From assembly GCA_030647955.1 (NCBI GenBank), contig JAUSIQ010000030.1:1-56914 (forward strand): 56,914 nucleotides of DNA, in the 5' to 3' direction. The position numbers and the translations under genes are program-made. The stretch is from a bacterium. Its GTDB lineage: Bacteria; Patescibacteriota; Minisyncoccia; 2-02-FULL-40-12; IGHO2-12-FULL-4. The notes beneath the pieces are model-generated. The model saw only the letters and a list, made by a program, of their open reading frames with translations. It did no database searches and had not been told where the DNA came from. Position 1 is the stretch's first letter. The number at the start of each line of letters is the position of its first letter. Positions 43,832 through 53,395 of the stretch are shown piece after piece.

Positions 43832-44928
43832 TAACTTTGTTGCTTAGCAATACTAGCAACGATTCCGAGTGAACCTAATAATACAGCCAGGGAAGTGCCC
43901 CCATAACTAATAAAGGGCAAAGGAATACCGGTTAGCGGCACTAAACCAGTGATCGCCGCGATATTGATAAAGGCCTGACTGGCGATCCAAACTGCTACCC
44001 CCATAACAAATAACTGGGCAAAACGGTCGGGTGTATTTTTAGCAATACGGACCAAATGGAATATCAACAAAAGAAACACCGTAATGAGCGCTCCGGCTCC
44101 GATCAGACCCAGCTCTTCTACTAAAATAGCGAAAATGGAATCCCCCACCGGCTCCGGCAGAAAGCCACTTTTCTGCTCGCTACGTCCAAAGCCCACCCCC
44201 CACCACCCCCCCCTTCCGATGGCCAAAAGGGCTTGGTTGATGTGATAAGAAATACCTTGCGGATCACCGGCACGATTAATAAAAGCCAGTAAACGATTGA
44301 ACTGATAGTGGGAAAAAATGGCCATAGAAAAAAACCCTACCAGAATTACTCCAGCCAGCGAGAGAAAGAAAGAAGTTTTTCCGCCGGCAAAAAAGAAGAT
44401 GGAAAGAGTAATAATAGTGACAATGCCCAAGGTCCCCATATCCGGCTGTAACACCAACAATAGGGCGGCAAAGAAAAATACGACCAAAAATGGAATTAGC
44501 GAATAGGACCAAACTTTTTCTTTATAACTTCGCCCTCCAAACCAAGCGGCTAAATAGAGAATCATGGCCAACTTTAAAATCTCTCCGGGCTGGAAGCTAA
44601 ATAATCCCACATCCAGCCAGCGCGTTGCTCCTTTGGCAGCTAACCCAAGTTGAGGAACAAAAATCGCCATCATAAAAGAGAGGGCGACTAATAAAAAGGG
44701 CAGGGCCACTTTTTTCCAAAACTTATAGTTAATTTTTGAAAATACAAAATAAGCCAGTCCACCGAGAAGCGCTCCGGCCGTGAGCTGGTGCCAAAAATAA
44801 TATAATGCTGATCCGAATTTTTTTTGTCCCTCAATTACTCCTGCCGAAGAAAGAAGCAGCAAACCGAAACCAACCAAAATAAAAACCAGGATAGTGAGAG
44901 TTTTTGTCTCTTTGTTAGATGAGGTCAT
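43831..44928 (-). CDS. ftsW: SEDS-family peptidoglycan glycosyltransferase (FtsW/RodA)
   Basis: 10-TM SEDS layout and C-terminal PLTGIPLPFISYGGTS. It is adjacent to mraY. Confidence 0.88.
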   Translation of the reverse strand: MTSSNKETKTLTILVFILVGFGLLLLSSAGVIEGQKKFGSALYYFWHQLTAGALLGGLAYFVFSKINYKFWKKVALPFLLVALSFMMAIFVPQLGLAAKGATRWLDVGLFSFQPGEILKLAMILYLAAWFGGRSYKEKVWSYSLIPFLVVFFFAALLLVLQPDMGTLGIVTIITLSIFFFAGGKTSFFLSLAGVILVGFFSMAIFSHYQFNRLLAFINRAGDPQGISYHINQALLAIGRGGWWGVGFGRSEQKSGFLPEPVGDSIFAILVEELGLIGAGALITVFLLLIFHLVRIAKNTPDRFAQLFVMGVAVWIASQAFINIAAITGLVPLTGIPLPFISYGGTSLAVLLGSLGIVASIAKQQS

Positions 44929-44945
44929 TTCTAAACCCTCTATAA

Positions 44946-46025
44946 TTACTTAACGATGTGGTGAAAAAGTAGTGCCGGTATTTTCGAATCGACTAAAAAA
45001 ACAATAATTCCCAAAATCGCCCCAACCGCCGAGATCATCCAAAAGCGCATCGTCACCTGCGTCTCAGGCCAGCCCAGGGCTTCGAAATGGTGATGAATCG
45101 GCGTAGAAAGAAAAATCTTCTTTTTCCGTACTTTTTTGGAAATCATCTGGACGATCACCGACAAAGATTCGATTAACATAACCACGGCAATCAGTGGTAA
45201 AAGTAAGAAAGTATTGGTGAGCATCGCCACTACCCCCAAGACAAAGCCAAGTGACATTACTCCTGTATCTCCCATAAAGAATTTGGCAGGAAAAATATTG
45301 AACCATAAAAAGGCCACCAAAGCGCCCAGAATTCCAGCAATCATTACCACTAGATCAATTCTCTGCTGTACGAAAGCAATCGCTCCTAGGGCGGCAAAAG
45401 AGAAGAGAAAAACTCCCCCTACTAACCCATCAAGACCATCGGTTTCATTAGCAGAGAAAGCCGTGGCCACGATCACCAAGATAAAAATTGGAATATACCA
45501 TATTCCCACCATTACATCTCCCAAGAATGGCACATTAATAAAATCCCACCCGAGTTTAAAATAGAACCACCACGCTCCTCCAGCCGCGACAATGGCATAA
45601 AGAATCAATCTTTGGCTCATGCGTAAACCGCCGCGCTTAATAATACCAAAGAGATCATCAGCCATACCCACCAAACCAGCCACGATTAGAAAACCAATCG
45701 GCAAGAAAGTTTGACTGCGCGAAAGGAAATTTAAGTGCCCAATAAATCTGTCGGGCAATATCTTGGCAAAGATCCAAAATGCTAAAGCGAGTAGGGCTAC
45801 CGTAAACCAGATAATTACTCCGCCCATCGTGGGCGTCCCCTCTTTTTTCTTATGTAAAGAGTTGAAAATCGGTGCTCCACTTTTCTCAATTTCCTTCCCC
45901 GGGCGAAAATATTTTGTCAACACCTTCATCCAAAGCGGCGTAATCAAAATCGCCACGAAAAAAGAGATCGTGGCGACGGTCAGAATTTTAACCACATTTA
46001 CTACATTGAAAATTTGTTCGTACAT
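44946..46025 (-). CDS. mraY: Phospho-N-acetylmuramoyl-pentapeptide transferase MraY
   Basis: TPTMGG, NETDGLDGL, and HHHFE motifs. Confidence 0.93.
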   Translation of the reverse strand: MYEQIFNVVNVVKILTVATISFFVAILITPLWMKVLTKYFRPGKEIEKSGAPIFNSLHKKKEGTPTMGGVIIWFTVALLALAFWIFAKILPDRFIGHLNFLSRSQTFLPIGFLIVAGLVGMADDLFGIIKRGGLRMSQRLILYAIVAAGGAWWFYFKLGWDFINVPFLGDVMVGIWYIPIFILVIVATAFSANETDGLDGLVGGVFLFSFAALGAIAFVQQRIDLVVMIAGILGALVAFLWFNIFPAKFFMGDTGVMSLGFVLGVVAMLTNTFLLLPLIAVVMLIESLSVIVQMISKKVRKKKIFLSTPIHHHFEALGWPETQVTMRFWMISAVGAILGIIVFLVDSKIPALLFHHIVK

Positions 46026-46029
46026 GTTT

Positions 46030-46110
46030 ACTGCGTAAACAGTTATAAAGTAGAAAGTTCGTCAAGTTCTTAAAGTTTTATGATTTGTACTTTATGAACT
46101 TGATGAACTA
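46030..46110. repeat. AT-rich palindromic intergenic repeat, copy 5
   Basis: GTTATAAAGTAGAAAGTTCGTCAAGTTCTTAAAGT / ACTTTATGAACTTGATGAAC. It fills the carboxypeptidase-mraY gap. Confidence 0.8.
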
Positions 46111-46111
46111 G

Positions 46112-47065
46112 TTATTCCCATCTAAACGCGGTCTGTCCCCACTCAATTAATTTCCTGGCATCATCAAATCGCGATGAAGAACCGATAACAATGGCCAGCA
46201 GTGATCCAGAATTTCCTGTCTTCACTTCTAATATCATACAACCTAATGCCCCATCTGTATAGCCTGTCTTACCCCCCACTAAGTCGGGAAAAGTATCGAA
46301 TAATTTATTCGTGCTGGCAAAGTTGTGCACCAACTGTCCATCCGTCGAACGCACCTCGATGGCCGGTAGACGCAACAATCTCCAAAGTTCCACATGACGC
46401 TTCGAATACTGCACCAACCTTAAAAGGTCTTCCGCATTGGAGTAGCCGCTATCATCCAATCCGGCCGGATCAAAAAAAGAGGAATTGATCATCCCAATCT
46501 CATAGGCCTTCCGATTCATTCGATCGATAAATTTCCCCCCGGATTTTGCTTCCACTGCTTTAGCCAGAATTACCGCGGCATCATTGGAAGATTTTACCAG
46601 CATCGTCCCCAGTACATCCTTTACATATATCTTTTCTCCCAGATAAAAATCTGCTCCTTCTTTGTCGATGTTGCGAGATGCTTCATCGACAGTTAGGATT
46701 TCGTCCATGGATAAATCTTCCAGGACAATCAGAGCGGTGAGTAATTTTGTCAGAGAGGCAATAGGAAGAGGCTGCTTGGCATCAGCTGAAAGTATAGTTT
46801 TTCCGGTTTTAGTCTCGAAGAGCAGGTACGATTTGGCCGCAATCACCGGATCAACCACTGCCGCGTGGCGAATGGGAAAATTATTCGGTTCGGTTACCGG
46901 CAAAATATAAGCAGCCTGAGAATTGAATTTTTTTTCAGAAAAACTTCCAAGATTTACCGGCGCAGCACTACCAGGCTTTTTTCCCGGATTACCATATACT
47001 CCATAGACGCTCAAAGCAGTTAGGAGAGCAACCAAAATTGTCAGGACAGTGAGTTTTAATTTCAA
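46112..47065 (-). CDS. D-alanyl-D-alanine carboxypeptidase (S11, PBP5-like)
   Basis: Signal/anchor sequence, SxxK (ASLTKLLT), SxN (SSND) and KTG (GKTGYT). Confidence 0.85.
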   Translation of the reverse strand: MKLKLTVLTILVALLTALSVYGVYGNPGKKPGSAAPVNLGSFSEKKFNSQAAYILPVTEPNNFPIRHAAVVDPVIAAKSYLLFETKTGKTILSADAKQPLPIASLTKLLTALIVLEDLSMDEILTVDEASRNIDKEGADFYLGEKIYVKDVLGTMLVKSSNDAAVILAKAVEAKSGGKFIDRMNRKAYEIGMINSSFFDPAGLDDSGYSNAEDLLRLVQYSKRHVELWRLLRLPAIEVRSTDGQLVHNFASTNKLFDTFPDLVGGKTGYTDGALGCMILEVKTGNSGSLLAIVIGSSSRFDDARKLIEWGQTAFRWE

Positions 47066-47079
47066 TGGTATTATTGACC

Positions 47080-48465
47080 CTATTCGCTTACTTTCAGATG
47101 CAATTCCTTGAGCTGATCTTTTTCTAATGCAGATGGAGCGCTCATAATTGCCGTACGTCCGGAACTAGTTTGTGGGAATGCCTGCACCTCACGAAGATAA
47201 CTTTCCCCGGCGAGGGTCATCAAATTCCTCTCAACTCCATGAGCAATACCGCCATGAGGCGGCGCTCCATAACGAAAAGCCTCCAGCATGTGACCAAAAT
47301 TTTTCTCAATACGCTCATCCGTATAACCCATAACTTTAAAAACGGCTTGCAAATGATCACTCCGGTGAGCACGTATACTACCACCTCCAACTTCAAAGCC
47401 GTTACAAACTAGGTCATATTGAGTGGTAATGATCTGATCAATGTTCTTCCCTTTCATTAACCAATCAACGTGCTCTGGTTGAGACAACGAGAATGGATTA
47501 TGAGTGAAAGTCCATCCACCACCCCCATCCTTTTCAAAAAATGGAAAATCTTTAACCCAAGCGTAGGCTAATGTTCCATTTTTTTTGTCCTCTTCCGTAC
47601 GCAAATCGAACTTGTCGGCACCGAATTTAGCCATTGCCTCCTGGTAACTAAACACTGGAAATGGCTTTTGCTTAATTTTAAAGCCCATACTTTCCACGAC
47701 GGTGGTAATCATCTCTTCGTCCATCGCCATAACATCTGCCTGATTCACAAAACTCATTTCAAGATCTATTTGGGTATGCTCAAACCCTCGATCAGCCCGC
47801 AAATCTTCATCCCTGAAACAGCGAGCAATCTGAAAGTACCTCTCCACACCCGCTACCATCAAAAGTTGTTTATACTGCTGCGGTGACTGAGGCAGGGCAA
47901 AAAACTTACCCGGATGAAGCCTGGACGGCACCACAAAATCACGGGAACCCTCGGGAGTTGACTCGGTTAAGATCGGGGTTTCAATTTCTAAGAAATCTTT
48001 CTTGAATAAAAATTGTCGAGCTCGATCGATAAACTCCGAACGTAGTTTTAGGTTGCGCTGAAGACGCGAACGACGCAAATCAAGATAGCGATACTTCAAT
48101 CGCAGCTCTTCGTCAGTGTCATACCCGTCAGTATCTAAGGGAAAAGGCGGAGTTTGTGCTTCGGCTAAAATTTCCAAAGCTTCGGGATGGACCTCGACTT
48201 TACCGGTAGGAATTTCCGCATTGACCATTTTTTCCGGACGGGCTGTTACTTTCCCACTCAAACGCACCACCCATTCTCCACGCAGTTTTTCCGCTTGAGC
48301 GTAAATTTCTTTTTGATGAGGAGTGAAAACAACCTGGACCATTCCCGAGCGATCTCGCAAGTCGATAAAGATGATTTTGCCATGATCGCGACGACCATGC
48401 ACCCAACCAAAAAGCTCCACACTTTCTCCGTCCCTATCCTTGGTTTCGATAATAGTGGTTCGCAT
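47080..48465 (-). CDS. aspS: Aspartyl-tRNA synthetase, bacterial-type sequence lacking the GAD insertion domain
   Basis: FIDLRDRSGMVQVVF (OB domain), ALPQSPQQYKQLLM, FRDEDLRADR, and GGGSIR. It is 461 aa, and DKFDLR runs almost directly into WVKDFPFFE. Confidence 0.9.
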   Translation of the reverse strand: MRTTIIETKDRDGESVELFGWVHGRRDHGKIIFIDLRDRSGMVQVVFTPHQKEIYAQAEKLRGEWVVRLSGKVTARPEKMVNAEIPTGKVEVHPEALEILAEAQTPPFPLDTDGYDTDEELRLKYRYLDLRRSRLQRNLKLRSEFIDRARQFLFKKDFLEIETPILTESTPEGSRDFVVPSRLHPGKFFALPQSPQQYKQLLMVAGVERYFQIARCFRDEDLRADRGFEHTQIDLEMSFVNQADVMAMDEEMITTVVESMGFKIKQKPFPVFSYQEAMAKFGADKFDLRTEEDKKNGTLAYAWVKDFPFFEKDGGGGWTFTHNPFSLSQPEHVDWLMKGKNIDQIITTQYDLVCNGFEVGGGSIRAHRSDHLQAVFKVMGYTDERIEKNFGHMLEAFRYGAPPHGGIAHGVERNLMTLAGESYLREVQAFPQTSSGRTAIMSAPSALEKDQLKELHLKVSE

Positions 48466-48565
48466 ATATGAAATTACATTTTAAAACAAAAAAGTGAATA
48501 AAGCAAAACGACCCCGCACTACGTTGAGTTAAGGAATGGCGCAACTACACAGAGAGTCCGGAGTC

Positions 48566-50503
48566 TTATAACTTTCTAAGGAGGCTATAATATTTTTCGA
48601 GTTTGTTTCTTAAATACTGCTCATCTTGATGCAAAGACCTGTGACTGGCAATCTTGTTCAAAATCTCCAGTTCTTTTTTAATATCTTTTTCCAAAATTTT
48701 AAGCTCCAGTTTTGTCTTAGAGTCCAGTTTTTTCAGTTTCTTAGAAGCTTGGTATTCGGAGGCGATAAATTTAATTTTGCGGGTTTCGTCAACGATAAAC
48801 GGTATCGCTCTTTTTGCAACCAGAATGGCCAGAGAAGCAATTGCCGCTCCCACTACTATCAAGAACCAACCCTTGCTTAAAAAGTTAACTAGACTGTCAA
48901 AGCCACGCGGAATTATATTGGAAACCGACTCGCCCAATTGAGTGAGAGCGGATTTTTCCACAACTTTCAATACCACATCGGAAAAAGCATCCGAAACTAC
49001 CCCGCGCTCATCCTTGCCATAAGCACGAATGATATAAGTGCCGACTCCAAGATCGTCAATCTTTGCTTCAAAATCGCCATTTTCATCTACCGGCGCCTCA
49101 ATGGTTTTAATCAAATCTAACTCATCTCTTTTTAGAGATTCTGATATCTGTCCCAAAACATTACCATTTCGGAGCTTAAACACATCTACTACTGTTGCCA
49201 CTACTTTTACCACTGTCCCCTCTTTTATTACTACCTCTTTTTCTATCTTTCCTTTAACTACTACTTCTTTAACTACTACTTCTTTTTCTTCTCTGATGAT
49301 AACTACCTCATCTGCCTCTATGCCAGGCAAGATAATCTCTTTTATAATTGGTTTCGGAATAGGAACAGGGCTAACGATAACTTCTATGTTTGAACTAGCG
49401 GAGTTACCGGCTTTGTCAAAAGCTTTAATCTCAACTAAACGCTCACCATACTTCTGCAGTGGCAAGGTATAGGCCTTTCCGGCCTCACTCGCCTCAATCT
49501 TAAACCAGTCACCACTTCCTATTTTCATCTCATAACGGTCTATACCGGAAATGGCATCCGAACTTTCAAACAGCAATTGGGGGCGAGGGTTGGTCAAATC
49601 ATCAGTATCTAAGCGTGAAATCGTAAAACTGCTCGGTGATTGAGTATCAATATTGAATTTGAAAGAAGTTGTCGGCCCAAGCCCTGCCGCTGTTCTCAAT
49701 CTGGCATTCAAGTACCACTCGCCTTCATCCAAGTCATCAAGCAATTTTTCCGAGATCGGCGGAGAGTAATTAATTATCGGCGAAGTGTTGGCTCTTCTGG
49801 AAAGCACCAGGATTACTTCGATCACTCCCGACGGCACGTTCCACTTAAATAGCGGATTTTTATTAGAGTACCATTTTGATTCTTCCGGATGCGTGGGAGA
49901 GTTTATTTCCATACTGACCAGTCCCGATCCGGTAACTGGCGCTTTCTGTTGTTCGCCTGGCGGAGGAACGGGCTGGATTACTCCTGGCGAAACTACGTAA
50001 GAAGCTTTACCCAGACTGGCCAAAATATTTGTGCCGTAACCGTCATTGGCCAAAATTCCTCCCGATACCAAATTAATTTCCGTAGATCCCCGAACGGTGG
50101 TAGCGGTTTTGGCCTTGAAAGTAATGGTCAGCACCAATCCATTGGCCCCGCTATAGCCCGGACTGGGAACTCCTCCGGCGAATTCTATAGAACCTTCGGC
50201 GTTAGAAAATTTCGGCTCCGCCGCCCAGATGGTAAAGATGGAACCGGATTTAGAAATCGAAGAGACACTTAGTTTGGCCGGATCAAAAACAATACTTCCT
50301 TCAGCGGCATTAATGGCGGTTCCGCCGGTATTAACTCTAACGACGATCGAAAAAGACTGCTCGGCCGATACTGTTCCGCTAGAAGGAGAAAAATACAAAG
50401 ATCCGTTTTGGGCTTCGGCAACATTATGAAAAGAAAAAACAAAACCCAGCACTACGAAAAGTGCTAGGAATACCCTTTCAAAATCCCGCCTAAAAAAATA
50501 CAT
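48566..50503 (-). CDS. Cohesin-module surface protein with C-terminal TM anchor and coiled-coil tail
   Basis: Signal peptide. The cohesin-like module reads SFSIVVRVNTGGTAINAAEGSIVFDPAKLSV..IEFAGGVPSPGYSG..ITFKAK. There are Ig-like segments and a Val/Lys/Glu low-complexity stretch. A TM helix (WFLIVVGAAIASLAILVA) follows, and the protein has a Lys-rich tail. Confidence 0.7.
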   Translation of the reverse strand: MYFFRRDFERVFLALFVVLGFVFSFHNVAEAQNGSLYFSPSSGTVSAEQSFSIVVRVNTGGTAINAAEGSIVFDPAKLSVSSISKSGSIFTIWAAEPKFSNAEGSIEFAGGVPSPGYSGANGLVLTITFKAKTATTVRGSTEINLVSGGILANDGYGTNILASLGKASYVVSPGVIQPVPPPGEQQKAPVTGSGLVSMEINSPTHPEESKWYSNKNPLFKWNVPSGVIEVILVLSRRANTSPIINYSPPISEKLLDDLDEGEWYLNARLRTAAGLGPTTSFKFNIDTQSPSSFTISRLDTDDLTNPRPQLLFESSDAISGIDRYEMKIGSGDWFKIEASEAGKAYTLPLQKYGERLVEIKAFDKAGNSASSNIEVIVSPVPIPKPIIKEIILPGIEADEVVIIREEKEVVVKEVVVKGKIEKEVVIKEGTVVKVVATVVDVFKLRNGNVLGQISESLKRDELDLIKTIEAPVDENGDFEAKIDDLGVGTYIIRAYGKDERGVVSDAFSDVVLKVVEKSALTQLGESVSNIIPRGFDSLVNFLSKGWFLIVVGAAIASLAILVAKRAIPFIVDETRKIKFIASEYQASKKLKKLDSKTKLELKILEKDIKKELEILNKIASHRSLHQDEQYLRNKLEKYYSLLRKL

Positions 50504-50513
50504 TTATAGCCTA

Positions 50514-50522
50514 ATTATAACA
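50514..50522 (-). promoter_or_regulatory. Extended -10 box TGTTATAAT 10 nt upstream of the cohesin gene ATG
   Basis: Reverse complement of attataaca. No SD follows. Confidence 0.5.
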
Positions 50523-50537
50523 AAAACTTGATTTGAG

Positions 50538-51443
50538 TTATCCACTGAACAAATTAAGGAACCACCACCACGTTCTTATAAATAGATTGGGGAAAACACT
50601 CTCCCGATAATTCTCGGCACCATCATAAGCCCTTACCTTTAAAACCGTCTTCAGCTCCTGGTCAGAGAGTAGGAATGGACTTTGGGCTATTTTGTACTCG
50701 CCTTTTCCTTCTTTCACTTCGTAATGGTCTATGCCCGAATCATTGTCGGTGCTGAAAAATGAAATAAAATGTTGCCCTTCAAAAACGCGGGGATCCTCGC
50801 CAATCAAAATTTCAAACTTTTCCGGTTTTTTGTTGTCTTTTATCTCTTCGGCTTTTTCTTCAACTTCTGCCGGTGTTTTCTTCGGCTTTGATTCCGGAGA
50901 AATGGTTATGGTTTCTTTCGGCTTCGGAATAACTCGAAACACCGGCCCGCCAGCGGTTTTTAAATCAAGTTGAGTGCCTTGGCCATCGTTAAGAAGCACC
51001 GAAGAACCCGGTTTAAAAGCAATGTTTCCCTCTCCGATCGCCGCCGCTTCAAAATTTATCTTGGCAATTACTCCTTTTGGGGTAGTTGTGCCGCCCGGTA
51101 CCCCGCCGATCAAATTAATGCTATCCCCAGAAAAAGACGGCTCATTAACCCAAAGCTGAATGACCGACCCGCTTTTGGAAATATTTTTAATTTTCAGAAG
51201 TTTGGGAACTTGGATGCTGATATCTACGGCATTGATTGATTGCCCCTCCGCATCCAGTATTAAAACTAAAGTAAAGCCTTCCCCTACTTTGTAGGTAGCC
51301 GGCGGCGGCTCAAAATAAATTTGGGCCGCTTCTGCTCGTAGTCCACCAAAAAACACTAGTATCAAAATATTGACCAGAACCGACTTTGTAATTTTGAATT
51401 TTAAATTGTCTCCCTTTGGGAGATCTTGATGATAATTTTTCAC
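50538..51443 (-). CDS. Cohesin-module surface protein (301 aa)
   Basis: Signal/anchor sequence. The module is paralogous to the 645-aa protein (GFTLVLILDAEGQSINAVDISIQVP..INLIGGVPGG..INFEAAA). GTG start. Confidence 0.65.
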   Translation of the reverse strand: MKNYHQDLPKGDNLKFKITKSVLVNILILVFFGGLRAEAAQIYFEPPPATYKVGEGFTLVLILDAEGQSINAVDISIQVPKLLKIKNISKSGSVIQLWVNEPSFSGDSINLIGGVPGGTTTPKGVIAKINFEAAAIGEGNIAFKPGSSVLLNDGQGTQLDLKTAGGPVFRVIPKPKETITISPESKPKKTPAEVEEKAEEIKDNKKPEKFEILIGEDPRVFEGQHFISFFSTDNDSGIDHYEVKEGKGEYKIAQSPFLLSDQELKTVLKVRAYDGAENYRESVFPNLFIRTWWWFLNLFSG

Positions 51444-51471
51444 TTTGATTTTTAATTTTTACATTTATTTA

Positions 51472-52842
51472 CTACCCCGTCCACTGAAACAACATAATCG
51501 AAAAGTCAATAATATTTATCTTCCTATCGCCATTAATATCCGCCACATCCAGTCCTTTTTGCTGGGTCGTATTCCACCAAAACAGAAGAATACTAAAGTC
51601 TATAATGTTTACTCTTCCATCTTTATTTAAATCTGCGGATTTGGCGATACCACCTTTGCCTACTGAAAATTGTAAAACATGGGAAAACGGACTAACAATT
51701 TTTTCCAAAACAGCTCTGGACTTTGTGGTGTGATCTTCTTCCGCCAAAGGTTTAGTGTCAAAAATAATGGCATAAGCGCCATTGGAATCCGCTATAGTTT
51801 TGGTAACCGTCTCCTCCGAAGCGACATGGATATTCACCTCCGAAACGGGAGCGGACTGGCCGAATATCCGCAACTTCTCGCCCTTGGCCAACCTGAAAGA
51901 ATTTAAATCAATGGTCGGAGCCAGTAAGATATCCGTTAAGGTGACAATTGCTTTGTCTCCTAAAGTAACAGAAAAAATTGCTGTGATAGATTTTCTTCCA
52001 TTTAAATCTATGGAACTTATCGCGATAGTTCTGTCCCCCGCATTGATGTTTTCCATTTTGACATCAAACTTAGCCGTACTGCCCGCTTTGATGGAAGAAG
52101 CTAAAACCCCGTCAATATAGATACTGACCGTAGAATCTGGATAGGCTGTTCCCTTAAGAATAATCGTCCCCTTGCCGCTTGTGGGTGCAGGAGCAACATA
52201 CCCTCCACCACCACCGCCACCACTTGATGCCGGTGTCGGAGTCGGAGTCGCCGCTGATGCCGGCGCGGCTGTTTTTTCATTGGATTCGGCAATGACATTT
52301 TTAGCCGCTAACCCGTCATAAGCCTCTATTTTGAATGTGTAGGTTGTGCCGTTGGTTAGGCCGGTTTTGGTTGACGATACTACATTTCCCACATCGACAC
52401 AGGTATAACTCCCCGTACTCTTATGACAAACATTGTACCCGCCGATGCTCCAGCCCTGATAAGCCGTGGCCGCTGTCCAAGATAGTGCAACTTGGGCGTC
52501 ACCCGCTATGGCTGTGTTCAGAGTAGCGGCAGTAACTTTTGGATAATACAAAAAACCGCTCCTCAATCCAAAAGTCTGTGACGAAGCACTGCCGATAGCC
52601 ACATCCCCCACCACCGATATCAAACTAAATAACGAAGAACTAATGGAAGCGGTTCCACCAAAAAGAGAGTGTTGCGCATCTAAAATTTTAAAATTATCAG
52701 AAGATAAGCTAGACCCCGTGGCCACTTCTGCGGAAGCTGATTGAGGCAATAAAAAAAATGCCGTCAATCCAAAAAATAAAATAGTATACAAAAAGCCCTT
52801 TCGCACAATTAAATTATACGAAAAGGCTTTAAGTTTGACCAT
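51472..52842 (-). CDS. Secreted FN3 plus Ig-like protein with a C-terminal type I dockerin
   Basis: Signal peptide and an FN3-like region (LSWTAATAYQGW..GTTYTFKIEAYDG). The C-terminus has duplicated Ca-binding dockerin repeats (DLNKDGRVNIIDFSILL / DINGDRKINIIDFSIML). Confidence 0.75.
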   Translation of the reverse strand: MVKLKAFSYNLIVRKGFLYTILFFGLTAFFLLPQSASAEVATGSSLSSDNFKILDAQHSLFGGTASISSSLFSLISVVGDVAIGSASSQTFGLRSGFLYYPKVTAATLNTAIAGDAQVALSWTAATAYQGWSIGGYNVCHKSTGSYTCVDVGNVVSSTKTGLTNGTTYTFKIEAYDGLAAKNVIAESNEKTAAPASAATPTPTPASSGGGGGGGYVAPAPTSGKGTIILKGTAYPDSTVSIYIDGVLASSIKAGSTAKFDVKMENINAGDRTIAISSIDLNGRKSITAIFSVTLGDKAIVTLTDILLAPTIDLNSFRLAKGEKLRIFGQSAPVSEVNIHVASEETVTKTIADSNGAYAIIFDTKPLAEEDHTTKSRAVLEKIVSPFSHVLQFSVGKGGIAKSADLNKDGRVNIIDFSILLFWWNTTQQKGLDVADINGDRKINIIDFSIMLFQWTG

Positions 52843-52868
52843 ACGTTAGTTGGGAGCAAGAGAGTAAA

Positions 52869-53345
52869 TTACTTACCGATACTGATCGGAGCTACTTCGA
52901 CGATCTTGTTGGTGGTGGGATTGTAGAGAATAGCTTTCTTAGCGTTAGAGTAAATAAGAACCTTATCTCCCTTTTGGGATTTTGAGAAAAACGGCTGATC
53001 ACGCAATTTCTCTGGTTCGGTGACAGTAGCCACAGTGGGGTCCTCTCCCTCCGGAAGAACCACTAATTTACCAACCTGTGCCACTAAAGACTTTACTTCC
53101 TTTTCATTAAGAGCCTGGGAATCTTTAGCAAAGACGGAATATTGCCGATAGAAATAAAAAGTACTGGCGCCCAATGCTACTACTAAAAGCAACAGAACGT
53201 ATACAAAATTTTTCTTCAGCCATCCCGGCTTAGAACCGCCATCTACCATTTGTCCCTCAACATCACCGGCATCCGCCACGCTATTATCAGCATACTCCGG
53301 CGACGAAAAATCACTAATTTTATTTTTATCAGTTAGTTTAGCCAT
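52869..53345 (-). CDS. Membrane-anchored hypothetical protein
   Basis: Acidic N-terminus, a single TM (FVYVLLLLVVALGASTFYF) and a small extracytoplasmic domain. Confidence 0.5.
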   Translation of the reverse strand: MAKLTDKNKISDFSSPEYADNSVADAGDVEGQMVDGGSKPGWLKKNFVYVLLLLVVALGASTFYFYRQYSVFAKDSQALNEKEVKSLVAQVGKLVVLPEGEDPTVATVTEPEKLRDQPFFSKSQKGDKVLIYSNAKKAILYNPTTNKIVEVAPISIGK

Positions 53346-53395
53346 GCCTGCATTTTAAACTCCACGATTTTAAAGTCAATACTTCCTGTTGATAA

